Of a stretch of DNA of 64,000 nt, positions 52,431-61,739 are shown piece by piece. The DNA is from Escherichia phage vB_EcoM_IME537. The stretch is from the sequence record NC_054921.1; one strand, 5' to 3'. Numbering within the stretch: the stretch's first letter is position 1; each line of letters opens with the position of its first letter. Both the position numbers and the translations under genes were made by a program. The notes beneath the pieces are model-generated. The model had not been told where the DNA came from. It saw only the letters and a program-made list of their open reading frames with translations, and made no database searches.

Positions 52431-52692
52431 TGTAAACTGATTTTTTCAACTTTCTTACTTCACTGCGTAATTGACGATTTAGCTCATCTTTAACTTCTGA
52501 ATCAATGCCTTTCATTCTACGCCATTTATCTGAGCGAAAAATGTTTTCAACCATATCTTTATGACTTACACCATCAGGAGCTTTACGCTTTCCGAAATAG
52601 TCATAATCACGTACTTTTAAATCTTTACGACGATACGTTTTACCCATGGAGTTTAATTTCCTTAGCAACTGAACTAAATACAGCACGGTCAC
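52354..52692 (-). CDS. Hypothetical basic protein
   Basis: 112 aa, Arg/Lys-rich. Confidence 0.4.
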   Translation of the reverse strand: MTVLYLVQLLRKLNSMGKTYRRKDLKVRDYDYFGKRKAPDGVSHKDMVENIFRSDKWRRMKGIDSEVKDELNRQLRSEVRKLKKSVYIDDDFDYNTSQRVAKRKSNECYRYS

Positions 52693-52822
52693 AAATCATC
52701 TGTTTATGTAACTTAAGTATAAGATAATAAACTTCAAAACCGTTTACGTAAGTAACACGAACAACATTACCATTAATAAAATAATATTGTCCCTTTTTAA
52801 TTTCTTTATCAACCACAACCAT
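52640..52822 (-). CDS. Hypothetical protein
   Basis: 60 aa directly downstream of an early promoter. Confidence 0.45.
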   Translation of the reverse strand: MVVVDKEIKKGQYYFINGNVVRVTYVNGFEVYYLILKLHKQMICDRAVFSSVAKEIKLHG

Positions 52823-52842
52823 ATCAAATCCTCAAAGGCAAT

Positions 52843-52872
52843 TCATATGTTAATAATACCATAGTTTGAACT
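52843..52872 (-). promoter_or_regulatory. T4-type early promoter
   Basis: - strand GTTTACAAGAAGTTCAAACTATGGTATTAT. Confidence 0.6.
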
Positions 52873-52980
52873 TCTTGTAAACAACTTTGTGAAAACTATT
52901 TTAGGGAATGATAAGAAGGGAACGATAGCTTAGAATGGTAATATACAGAATGTGAGAAAGAAAGGCCCAGAGGGCCCGTC

Positions 52981-53304
52981 TTAGTCTTCTATGATATCTC
53001 TATCATATCCAAGTGAAATGAGAGTTTCTTTGAAGTGTTTAATGTTCTTTTGTCTAGAATCATTGATGAAAATGACTGGATAACGAATGTTAAGAGATGT
53101 GAATCCAGCGCGTTTAGCAAGAGATACAATCAGCGGACGATCATACTCAATCTTACCATTATTTGTAAGAACTTTATAGAAAGTAAAAGGAGCATTGAGC
53201 TCCTTTAGAAGTTTTGTAACTGATTGACATCCAGGACAACGACCTACTTCATCTGGAATTCCATAGACTTCAATCTTATTCTTTAAGTTCGAGTTTTGTT
53301 CCAC
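52981..53304 (-). CDS. nrdH: Glutaredoxin-like NrdH redoxin
   Basis: CPGC redox motif (..YGIPDEVGRCPGCQS..); track ORF starts at 53433 but overlaps the upstream ORF; the GTG at 53304 with AAGGAA RBS gives about 107 aa. Start uncertain. Confidence 0.55.
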   Translation of the reverse strand: MEQNSNLKNKIEVYGIPDEVGRCPGCQSVTKLLKELNAPFTFYKVLTNNGKIEYDRPLIVSLAKRAGFTSLNIRYPVIFINDSRQKNIKHFKETLISLGYDRDIIED

Positions 53305-53587
53305 GAGAAATAATTCCTTGATAAGCCCAGTATGGCGGGTTAACAGAATCATCGCCAGAATTTTCTTCAGGAAAATAAACCTGGATAACAAATCCAGATG
53401 CATCAAAGGTAAAATAAACCGTAGGTAATTCACCTAACAATTCAGCACGGTTATTAATTTCTTCGAGTTCTCGTTCTCGTCCAGCCCAAAAACTAGGATT
53501 TAGATTACATTCATAGAAATAATAGTCATTACCGAACATATCAAAACCCTTCCAACTCTCTACCACATACCGCTCAAAACTAATCAT
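53276..53587 (-). CDS. Hypothetical protein
   Basis: 103 aa. Confidence 0.45.
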   Translation of the reverse strand: MISFERYVVESWKGFDMFGNDYYFYECNLNPSFWAGRERELEEINNRAELLGELPTVYFTFDASGFVIQVYFPEENSGDDSVNPPYWAYQGIISRGTKLELKE

Positions 53588-53589
53588 AA

Positions 53590-53829
53590 TTAAGCCTTTT
53601 TATCAAGAACAGCATTCAGTTTGTTAGTAATTTTATCCAGACGCTCATTGAACTCGCTAGAAGACAGTCCTTTTTCTGGAGAAATTAAGCTAATCACGAA
53701 AAATATAGCAATAAAAGGAATAAGAAAAATAGCACCAACTGCCATAAACAAAAAGAACGTCACAGTTGTAAGAAAATCAGCTAAACCTTTACGAAATTTA
53801 TACATATTTACCCTTAATTTATTAACCAA
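53590..53829 (-). CDS. Hypothetical membrane protein
   Basis: 79 aa with central TM segment (VTFFLFMAVGAIFLIPFIAIFFVISLI). Confidence 0.5.
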   Translation of the reverse strand: MVNKLRVNMYKFRKGLADFLTTVTFFLFMAVGAIFLIPFIAIFFVISLISPEKGLSSSEFNERLDKITNKLNAVLDKKA

Positions 53830-53919
53830 GCATTGATAAGTACTAAACTATACTGCGAATAAAATTCTGGACCAAAATGAAAAATCATATCATTTATAGT
53901 ATCAATAATATAATTCAGT

Positions 53920-54390
53920 TTAATCATGTTTCCACACCCCATCGGTATTTGACCAAAGCCGCTGATTATCTGAACCTCGCCACAGCTTTTTGGTCGGAAG
54001 ATTTTTCTCATACTTCCCATCAATAATAACATCAACATATTTAAGCATTTCTAGTTGTTTAATATCTTCAAACTTATATCCTGTCCACAACCAAATGCTT
54101 TTATTCGGATAAAGATTTTTTACCGTTTGAACAATGCAATGAACATCATCTCGGTTATCAGGATAAAGAGGGTCTCCTCCAGTTATAGTTAATCCTTCTA
54201 TATAATCATTATTCAAACATTCAATTAATTGTTCTAGTGTTTCACCAGTGAATGGAACGCCATTTCTAGCATTCCATGTTGATTTATTATAACACCCTTC
54301 ACATTTATGCAAACACCCCGTAACGAAAAGAACGACCCTGCATCCAGGGCCATTTACAAAATCGCAGGGATAAAATCTATCGTAATTCAT
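53920..54390 (-). CDS. nrdG: Anaerobic ribonucleotide reductase activating protein NrdG (radical SAM)
   Basis: 156 aa; CxxxCxxC cluster (CLHKCEGC); same size as T4 NrdG. Confidence 0.9.
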   Translation of the reverse strand: MNYDRFYPCDFVNGPGCRVVLFVTGCLHKCEGCYNKSTWNARNGVPFTGETLEQLIECLNNDYIEGLTITGGDPLYPDNRDDVHCIVQTVKNLYPNKSIWLWTGYKFEDIKQLEMLKYVDVIIDGKYEKNLPTKKLWRGSDNQRLWSNTDGVWKHD

Positions 54391-55685
54391 TGGTGTTTAA
54401 CCCTATGCATGATTTCTTTATTTTTGCCGAGATTAAATCCGCGTTCATTCGGATTTCCCAAATAACCACAAGTTCTTCTTATTGTGTTCATCTTTTTAGG
54501 ATCAGTTTCTCCACAAACAGAACAAACAAATCCGTTTTCAGTAGGAGTCATTTCATGGGTACTTCCGCATGTAAAACATTTATCTACTGGCATATTAACA
54601 CCAAAATAATCTAAATGTTGTGCAGCATAATCCCATACAGCCTCAAGACCTTTTAGGTTATTTTTCATATCAGGAAGTTCAACATAAGAAATGTGACCAC
54701 CTGTCGCAATGAAATGATATGGGGCTTCGCGAGAAATCTTTTCAAACGGAGTAATATTTTCTTCTACTGAAACGTGGAAACTGTTAGTGTACCAGCCTTT
54801 ATCAGTAACATCCTTTACACTTCCATATTTTTCGGTATCAAGTTTACAGAAGCGATAGCACAGGTTTTCAGCAGGTGTAGAATACAAACTAAAAGCAAAA
54901 CCGGTTCTTTCAGTCCACTGCTTAAGATGAGCATTCATTTTAGTTAAAATTTCTTGTCCAATATCACGACCGACAAGAATATTCAATTCGTGAATACCAA
55001 TGTATCCTAAGGACACTGAACTTCTACCGTTTTTAAATAACTCAATTATATCGTCATCAGGTTTAAGACGAACCCCGAATGCGCCTTCTTGGTAAAGAAT
55101 AGGAGCAACAGTAGCTTTAACTCCTTTTAAGGAACTAATTCTACACATCAATGCTTCAAAACATAAATCCATTCGCTCATTGAACAATTCGGCAAATTTC
55201 TGTTCATTGAACTGTGTTCCAATATAAGAATCTAACGCAATGCGAGGAAGATTCAGTGTTACAACACCAAGATTATTACGTCCATCAAGAATTTCATTAC
55301 CAGTCGAATCTTTCCATACACTCAAGAAACTACGACAACCCATTGGAGAAACAGGAATAGATGAACCGGTGATAGCTTTATTGTTCTTAGCCGAAATGAT
55401 GTCAGGATACATTCTTTTGCTTGCACACTCTAGAGCAAGCTGCTTAATATCATAGTTCGGATCGTCTTTATAAAGATTAACACCTTCTTCAACGAACATA
55501 ACAAGTTTAGGGAAAATAGGAGTTATCCCATCACGACCGAGACCTTTAATACGATTTTTCAGAATTGCTTTCTGAATCATTCGTTCAGTCCAGTCAGTTC
55601 CCGTGCCAAATGTAATTGTTACAAAAGGCGTTTGTCCATTAGAGCTGAAAAGTGTATTTACTTCATCATTATATTCAGCATGAGT
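54387..55685 (-). CDS. nrdD: Anaerobic ribonucleotide reductase NrdD, exon 2 (C-terminal part); 5' boundary approximate
   Basis: Reading frame continues from exon 1 into ..EFATHAEYNDEVNTLFSS..; C-terminal glycyl-radical region and CxxC..CxxC zinc site. The track Met at 55718 lies inside the intron ORF and is not the real start. Splice site inferred to within about 20 nt. Confidence 0.8.
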   Translation of the reverse strand, partial: THAEYNDEVNTLFSSNGQTPFVTITFGTGTDWTERMIQKAILKNRIKGLGRDGITPIFPKLVMFVEEGVNLYKDDPNYDIKQLALECASKRMYPDIISAKNNKAITGSSIPVSPMGCRSFLSVWKDSTGNEILDGRNNLGVVTLNLPRIALDSYIGTQFNEQKFAELFNERMDLCFEALMCRISSLKGVKATVAPILYQEGAFGVRLKPDDDIIELFKNGRSSVSLGYIGIHELNILVGRDIGQEILTKMNAHLKQWTERTGFAFSLYSTPAENLCYRFCKLDTEKYGSVKDVTDKGWYTNSFHVSVEENITPFEKISREAPYHFIATGGHISYVELPDMKNNLKGLEAVWDYAAQHLDYFGVNMPVDKCFTCGSTHEMTPTENGFVCSVCGETDPKKMNTIRRTCGYLGNPNERGFNLGKNKEIMHRVKHQ

Positions 55686-56711
55686 CGCAAATTCATGCCC
55701 GTTTATATGAAACAACAAAATTTGGATAGTCCATAGATATGCAACGTTCTTTTATAGTGCTAGGATGAAAATTTAGCGCTTTAGCTGCTTCTATATAAGA
55801 CGTATACTTAATACCGTCAACAACCACATATTCAGGAACTTTATGAATAGTAGTCTTAATACTCAAAACAAGAGGATGAGTTTCGACTTCACTTTCAGTG
55901 CAATTTAAATATTCCGCTGCTTTTTTAAAACTTCTAAAAGTTTTATTTTTAAGCTTTATCGATACTTGTTTTTTACTTTTTCGACTATTGATATTATTTT
56001 GCACATGTTCCTTAGATCTTCCGTTTTTAGCATAATATTCAGCTACAGAAGATTTTATATTGTTTTTATGAGATTCGGATAACACTTTACCCTTATGAGC
56101 ATCTCTTAATTTTTGAATATGTTCTTCAGTATCCGGATGCTTATAAAACTTTTTACCGCCTATGGATTTATTTAAACATTTTTTGCTATAAAAATATTTA
56201 CGTATGACCTCTTCTTCATGTTTTAATGCATCTTTATAACTATCAAATGTTTTTAAAATTATCCATTTAGTAGGTGTATCAGTTTTTAAGCGTTCATTTA
56301 TATACTTAGATGACGTTGTGTAAGTTTTCCAGTTTGTGGGCTTGTTTTTAATTGTTCTAAATTTTTTATAACCGATATAAATGTCGCCATTAGAAAACTT
56401 AACTAAGTATGTAAATGCGTCTTTATCTTTTATTTTAGTACAACGTCTTTTTATCCATTTCATTGTTTCACCTCGTATTCATAAGATAATCTTATTTATA
56501 CAAGATGACTGCTGCATGTCGCCATGCAGATTAGACTATATCTTCATCTTTCGATGCCGGCCGTTTCGAATAGCATTAGCTTCTATTCTACACCGCTACA
56601 TTCATCACGGTTAGTCGTTAGGCATTTAGTTCAAAAGAACATTTAGCACGGGATTGTCTACTAGAGAGGTTCCCCGTTTAGACCGGTTTTACATGAGCCT
56701 GAATTAAATTA
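55686..56711 (-). mobile_element. Group I self-splicing intron in nrdD (sunY-type) with homing endonuclease ORF; boundaries approximate
   Basis: About 1.03 kb interruption of an otherwise colinear nrdD; structured non-coding 5' core of about 240 nt (56464-56711) followed by an endonuclease ORF that ends a few nt before exon 2. Confidence 0.7.
55693..56463 (-). CDS. Intron-encoded GIY-YIG-like homing endonuclease (I-TevII-like)
   Basis: 256 aa; N-terminal ..FTYLVKFSNGDIYIGYKKF.. GIY-YIG-like motif, basic C-terminal DNA-binding region; GAGGTGA RBS; sits in the 3' part of the intron. Confidence 0.6.
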   Translation of the reverse strand: MKWIKRRCTKIKDKDAFTYLVKFSNGDIYIGYKKFRTIKNKPTNWKTYTTSSKYINERLKTDTPTKWIILKTFDSYKDALKHEEEVIRKYFYSKKCLNKSIGGKKFYKHPDTEEHIQKLRDAHKGKVLSESHKNNIKSSVAEYYAKNGRSKEHVQNNINSRKSKKQVSIKLKNKTFRSFKKAAEYLNCTESEVETHPLVLSIKTTIHKVPEYVVVDGIKYTSYIEAAKALNFHPSTIKERCISMDYPNFVVSYKRA

Positions 56712-57249
56712 ACTCATAAGCTTGGAATGCATCGTATACGTCTTTTTCTGTTTTAGATTGGGCATAATTCAATGCATCAGCGATTTGCCATTTTTCTGCA
56801 TCCTCAATATGTTTTGCATAGGTGCGTTTAACATAAGGAGAAAGTACTTTATCTACATTCGCAAAAGTCGTTCCGCCATATTGATGAGAAGCAACCTGCG
56901 CAGTAATTTGTGCCATAATTGCAGTAGCAACGCCAATTGATTTAGGAGTTTCAATCTGCGCATTACCAAGCTTAAATCCGTTCTCAAGCATTCCTTTTAA
57001 ATCTACTAAACAACAATTAGTAAATGGAAGAGCAGGGGAATAATCAATATCGTGGAAATGGATAATTCCGCTTTCATGCGCTTTCATAATAAAAGACGGG
57101 ACCATATTTTTGGCAATGTGTTTAGACACAATACCAGCCATAAGGTCCCGTTGAGTTGGAAAAACACGAGAATCTTTATTAGCATTCTCGTTTAAAAGGT
57201 CTTTATTAGTTTTATGAATCAATCCTTCAATTTCTTTTTCAATTGTCAT
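56712..57249 (-). CDS. nrdD: Anaerobic ribonucleotide reductase NrdD, exon 1 (N-terminal part); 3' boundary approximate
   Basis: MTIEKEIEGLIHKTNKDLLNENANKDSRVFPTQRDLMAGIVSKH.. matches the T4 NrdD N-terminus as recalled; the frame ends in a stop just inside the intron. Confidence 0.8.
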
Positions 57250-57719
57250 TTTAAACTCTTTCTAAGCTGCTTCTTAAATGAAGCTATTAATTGTGTTTTG
57301 GTGTCAGATTCATTATATTCAAATCCTCTTTGAAGCATCTCAGCTATCATTTCCTCTTTTCCTAAACGAGAAAATTCCTTTGATTTATCTCCAACAAAGT
57401 TAGGGTGAATATTATTTTGGGTGTAATCGGATTTTAAATAAGTAAGTAAATTTTCTAACCATTCAAGATAATCAACGCCTTGTCCCTTTAAGCCAGAACG
57501 ATTAAATTTGTGCTTCATTTGACCTTCCGCAGCATTGCAGAGATTACAGAGCAATCCACGTACCTTTCCTGCTTTTGGTCCATTTAATTCATGGTCATGG
57601 TCAAGGTGATTAGCTTGAACATCAGGATTTAGTTCTCGTTGGCAAATTAAGCATTTACCGTTTTGTGCATTATAAAATTTTTGTTTTTCTTCTTTGTATA
57701 ATTTGCCAGTCAATAACAT
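57246..57719 (-). CDS. 49: Endonuclease VII gp49 (Holliday junction resolvase)
   Basis: 157 aa; zinc-binding CxxC..CxxC and His-Me finger HLDHDH motif; same size as T4 gp49. Confidence 0.9.
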   Translation of the reverse strand: MLLTGKLYKEEKQKFYNAQNGKCLICQRELNPDVQANHLDHDHELNGPKAGKVRGLLCNLCNAAEGQMKHKFNRSGLKGQGVDYLEWLENLLTYLKSDYTQNNIHPNFVGDKSKEFSRLGKEEMIAEMLQRGFEYNESDTKTQLIASFKKQLRKSLK

Positions 57720-57761
57720 AATAAAACCCTTACCTTGAATAGATAAGGGTATTTATTATTT

Positions 57762-57938
57762 TCAAGTATTGTAAAACATTCGATGCAATCGCTTATATTG
57801 TCGAATCATCTTTTTAGTAGGACGAGAATAAGTTCCTACACAAGTGGTCATATTAGGGTCAGTAGGACTTCCTTTAATAAAAAGTTTCCAGACTTTACCA
57901 CCATTTAGCTTTTCAGTATAAATCAATTCAGTTTTCAT
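57762..57938 (-). CDS. Small hypothetical protein (58 aa)
   Basis: Hand-translated MKTELIYTEKLNGGKVWKLFIKGSPTDPNMTTCVGTYSRPTKKMIRQYKRLHRMFYNT; start overlaps upstream stop (TAATG). Confidence 0.4.
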   Translation of the reverse strand: MKTELIYTEKLNGGKVWKLFIKGSPTDPNMTTCVGTYSRPTKKMIRQYKRLHRMFYNT

Positions 57939-58402
57939 TAGAATGGCCTATCAGAAAAAGAAATTTGAGTTTCAAGCCATTCAATATATTCTGCCGCAGC
58001 TTGCATCAAATTTCCTTCATAACCATCGTTGTTTTCTTGCGCAGCTAATTTAGCTAATGCATATGAAATGCGTTCACCCTGAAAAGCGGCTTTAGGTTTA
58101 TGAATAGCTTGATCAACTCGTTCTACAACTTCTTCAATTTCGCCATTTTCTACTGATTCAGTATTCCACAAGCACCAATACGTAATTGGCTTATCATAGA
58201 TGTTAATAACCTTTCCGTCAGAAAGTTCAATTTCAATAATTCCAGTATCAGGTTCTATGTCATCTTCACATTCTTTTACAAGTTCACGAACTTTAAAGAC
58301 AGTACCTGCACTAAGTTCCGGCCAGTAATTACACAGCCCCTTATCAGCACGATTAATTCTAAACCACTTATCTACTGTAATCATGTCCCATCTCCATATC
58401 AA
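57938..58402 (-). CDS. Hypothetical protein
   Basis: 154 aa. Confidence 0.5.
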   Translation of the reverse strand: MIWRWDMITVDKWFRINRADKGLCNYWPELSAGTVFKVRELVKECEDDIEPDTGIIEIELSDGKVINIYDKPITYWCLWNTESVENGEIEEVVERVDQAIHKPKAAFQGERISYALAKLAAQENNDGYEGNLMQAAAEYIEWLETQISFSDRPF

Positions 58403-58506
58403 TTATGTCATTTATTGTAGGTTCATTATATACTGTTTCTTCATCAGTGTAAACCGGTTCTTCCGGCTCTGGCTCTACAGTTTCCCATCTAACCGCCCAC
58501 CAAGGT

Positions 58507-58716
58507 TTAACCCCGAAGCTTATTAAGTTCTTCATAATCAATCCAGGATTCTAGTCCTGATGGCAAATCATATTCAATTTCCCAAAGAAGTTCTTCAATT
58601 TTCTGAAGACGATCTAATTCTTCAGCTGGAATAGTAACCATTGACGGAGTTCTTGATACATTAATATCGTAAATCATATTTACCCCAGTTTGACCATACA
58701 ATCGCCGTATTTCCAT
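58507..58716 (-). CDS. Hypothetical protein
   Basis: 69 aa. Confidence 0.45.
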   Translation of the reverse strand: MEIRRLYGQTGVNMIYDINVSRTPSMVTIPAEELDRLQKIEELLWEIEYDLPSGLESWIDYEELNKLRG

Positions 58717-58895
58717 TTAGAAATAGACTTTTCACCGTTAGAATAATAAACTTCGAGTTTAGCACGGTTATTTTTAATTTGAATAATCTTTGCTGTCATC
58801 AAAGTTCCATATCCATAATAAACTGCAACTTCATCACCTACATATACCGCGCTTCCGCGGTAGTCATGGATATAATCAGTTCCTTCGAGCATCAT
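58680..58895 (-). CDS. Hypothetical protein
   Basis: 71 aa. Confidence 0.45.
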   Translation of the reverse strand: MMLEGTDYIHDYRGSAVYVGDEVAVYYGYGTLMTAKIIQIKNNRAKLEVYYSNGEKSISKWKYGDCMVKLG

Positions 58896-59155
58896 TTGAA
58901 GTATTCCCGCAATTGGTCAAATCCACCAATATGACTTCCATCAGGAGCAAATACCTGAGGCATCGTCAATCCGATTTGAGTATCACGACCTAGTTTAGTC
59001 AGAAGCTCAGCAATTTTCTCATCATCAAAAACACCTTTTTCCGGCATAATGTTGATAAATTCAAACGGCTGTTTCTTCACGGTCAAAAGACGTTTTGCAT
59101 TATCACAATACACGCATTTATGAATGTTGCTATCATAACCATATACTTTAAACAT
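58892..59155 (-). CDS. nrdC: Glutaredoxin-like thioredoxin NrdC
   Basis: 87 aa; CVYC active site; matches T4 NrdC as recalled. Confidence 0.85.
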   Translation of the reverse strand: MFKVYGYDSNIHKCVYCDNAKRLLTVKKQPFEFINIMPEKGVFDDEKIAELLTKLGRDTQIGLTMPQVFAPDGSHIGGFDQLREYFK

Positions 59156-59223
59156 ATTATTCCTTAATTCCTAATACTTGTTTAAAAGTCTCGTCGTAAT
59201 CAAGACTTTGGCCCGTTTGTTCT

Positions 59224-59445
59224 TTATGTTTGTATAATATCACTTACTTCTGATAGCATATTTTTATATGAACGAGTTAAAGCTGATTTAAGCACGCTGT
59301 ATCTATCAGGAAATTTACCATGTTCATTATAATAAGCTATTGCTAATTCACGGACTGCCTTTTCAGCAGTCTCCATATATTCTTTACGCTTTGTCATTTT
59401 CTTCTCGGTCAAATCGATGTTTACAATGACGACATTTATATTCAA
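59224..59445 (-). CDS. Hypothetical protein
   Basis: 73 aa. Confidence 0.4.
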
Positions 59446-59701
59446 GCTCTGGTTTACGCCAGTTAATCAATTGGACCTGTTCAGTACCACATTTTGGGCA
59501 GTTCGGAACATTCTTAGAAGCCCTTTCGCGGCGTTCAACCATAACCATAATGGCATCCCAAGCAGGAGGTTTAAAGTCTAGATCGTCACAGCCATGAATC
59601 TTTCCACGCATTTCTAAATCGTCTTCTTCACCAGCCATAATAATTTTAATTAGACTGGAATTACTTGAAGCTGCAATATCTTCTAATAAGCGCTTTTTCA
59701 T
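59384..59701 (-). CDS. Hypothetical zinc-ribbon protein
   Basis: 105 aa; ..NCPKCGTEQ..(16)..CRHCKHRF.. CxxC-CxxC. Confidence 0.45.
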
Positions 59702-60627
59702 TTCAATACCTCAATAGCATTACGTAAACCATTTGCTTTGGCAGTTAAAGCCTTAAGAACTTTAGTATGCTCTTCAATCTGTTTTTCAACTTCAATTAAG
59801 CGTGTATTAAGATATTCGCGTTCTTCACTCAGGTTATCAATCTTTTCTACTTTAGGTTCTTTTACAACTGGCTTATATGTATTAGGGTTCTTCAGTTTAA
59901 TTAGAATGCGTGAACTGTATAACATTGAACCATTATCTTCGGTTTCGTCATACATTTCCACTACGTCCATCATCTCCACCATCGTGCAGAGTTTATAAGA
60001 CAACGAACGAATAGTTTTGTTATGCTTATTAATTTCTCTAGCTGTCATGGTGCCGAGATTACGTGAGTAATAATAAGGAACCTGGATATTAATTAATACT
60101 GATGAACCACCTGGCTTGTGTGTTACTTCATCAGCAATAACCCAGTCCTTAACATGAACTGTATTTGTACGGTCATCGCCCGCGGTAAATAGTTTACGAG
60201 CATGCTTAAAAAGCATATTCACTTGGTCATTGAATTGACAAGCGAATTTATCAGCAAATTTAGTTTCAGGAATGGTAGATAACCAATCAGCCAAATGGGT
60301 CTTTTTAACATCGTTAACAATAGTAAATTCAACCAAATCGGTTATAGATGTCGCAGATTTAATGAAGCTCGGCTTCATAAAGTTTTTAATGTTATCACTA
60401 GCTACAGTAGAAGATAACAGACGAGAACGTTTAAACCATTGAAGCAAATTGCCTAACGAATGAGAATAAGCGTTTTGAGTATCTTTACAGATATGATTTT
60501 CCTGGCCAACATATTGAAAGAAATCACGAAGAATATTATTGATTACTGCTCTGTGCCCAATCTGATAATTACGGTGTTTAGTAATAAGACTATCAAAATA
60601 ATCAATATAATGTTTACGAGTTTTCAT
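59698..60627 (-). CDS. Hypothetical protein, member 1 of tandem paralog family with C-terminal coiled coil
   Basis: 309 aa; starts MKTRKHYIDYF..; C-terminal heptad-rich ..[41 protein letters not shown]. Confidence 0.55.
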   Translation of the reverse strand: MKTRKHYIDYFDSLITKHRNYQIGHRAVINNILRDFFQYVGQENHICKDTQNAYSHSLGNLLQWFKRSRLLSSTVASDNIKNFMKPSFIKSATSITDLVEFTIVNDVKKTHLADWLSTIPETKFADKFACQFNDQVNMLFKHARKLFTAGDDRTNTVHVKDWVIADEVTHKPGGSSVLINIQVPYYYSRNLGTMTAREINKHNKTIRSLSYKLCTMVEMMDVVEMYDETEDNGSMLYSSRILIKLKNPNTYKPVVKEPKVEKIDNLSEEREYLNTRLIEVEKQIEEHTKVLKALTAKANGLRNAIEVLK

Positions 60628-60679
60628 GTTCTTCTCACTTGGTTAATGATTTATACTCCGAGCCATCCTTGGCTTTAAA

Positions 60680-61711
60680 TTACTTAATTAACTGTAAAGC
60701 TTGTTCAAGACGATCCAGGCGATTAACAGATTCTTCCCAAATCCTTTTAGCCTGCTCATATTCTTTCTGTGCTTTATTAGAAATTTCTAGAACTTCTTTA
60801 TAAGCTTTTTCTAGTGCAATAACTTCTGGACGAATTTCTACCGGTTCAAGTGAATCATCAAGACATTCCATTAGTTCCTCAAGGGTAGTTTCTTCTTTAG
60901 GAGTATTCACAATTTCATCACATTTTTGTTGGTAAATTTCTTTATCAGTCGGTGAGTACGCGCACTTTACTTCACGGAGACTAACTACAATTTTATATCC
61001 TTCCCAACCGCACATATTCTTAAAAGGATAAGTATGAATATTTTCTACCGTTTCCATACAAAATAATGCAGTCTCTAATTGACGAGTTATATCACTAGCA
61101 ATTGAGAAAAATTTATTAATGTTCTTTTGATTAGCTTCTGGTGTAAAAAATCCATAATTCACAAAAATAGCTGCTTTATTTTTATCAAGTTCATATTCTT
61201 TTATGATAATCATGTCAGAAGCCCAAGGATGAATTTGACGATAATCACCATAGCATAATTTAGAAGCTGATTTTAGAATTTGCTTTTTGAAAAGTCTGAA
61301 ATTACTAATCCAACGACGAGTAAAAATATTCTCAGGGTCTTCTTTATTATTAAGATGATAAGAATTAACATCACCGAACCAATTATATCCTACTACATCT
61401 TTGGTTCGTTTAATTTCTTTCCCAAAATTACCAAGAATATCCTGATTAACTAAATATGAAAGAAGACGAGAACCTTTAAAGGTTTCCTTAATATCACCTT
61501 TATCTTCGCGACTAGAAATTTTATGAACTTCATGAATAAATTTGCTGGAAGAAACAATGCTTACATCAATATTATTGAGCCATTGATTGATAATGGAAAT
61601 AACGTTATTCTGACTAGACATAGGTTTAACTTTATCATCAATAACGCTATTAAATGATTTGATATATTCGTTACGAGTCATATTAATCTCCTCAGTAGAA
61701 AGTAAGAACAT
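60680..61711 (-). CDS. Hypothetical protein, member 2 of tandem paralog family
   Basis: 343 aa (likely start at internal MTRNEYIKSF..); mid-region ..RRWISNFRLFKKQILKSASKL..; coiled-coil C-terminus. Confidence 0.55.
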   Translation of the reverse strand: MFLLSTEEINMTRNEYIKSFNSVIDDKVKPMSSQNNVISIINQWLNNIDVSIVSSSKFIHEVHKISSREDKGDIKETFKGSRLLSYLVNQDILGNFGKEIKRTKDVVGYNWFGDVNSYHLNNKEDPENIFTRRWISNFRLFKKQILKSASKLCYGDYRQIHPWASDMIIIKEYELDKNKAAIFVNYGFFTPEANQKNINKFFSIASDITRQLETALFCMETVENIHTYPFKNMCGWEGYKIVVSLREVKCAYSPTDKEIYQQKCDEIVNTPKEETTLEELMECLDDSLEPVEIRPEVIALEKAYKEVLEISNKAQKEYEQAKRIWEESVNRLDRLEQALQLIK

Positions 61712-61739
61712 TATACCACATCCTTGTGGTAAAGTAAAC
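61710..61739 (-). promoter_or_regulatory. T4-type early promoter
   Basis: - strand GTTTACTTTACCACAAGGATGTGGTATAAT; same core as the promoter at 14948-14977. Confidence 0.65.

Noticed and set aside
55676-55718. ATG at 55718 as the start of a stand-alone 443-aa NrdD-like protein
   Set aside because: That Met lies inside the 3' end of the intron endonuclease ORF in another frame; the N-terminal 181 aa of NrdD are encoded about 1 kb upstream, so the gene is split by an intron rather than truncated.
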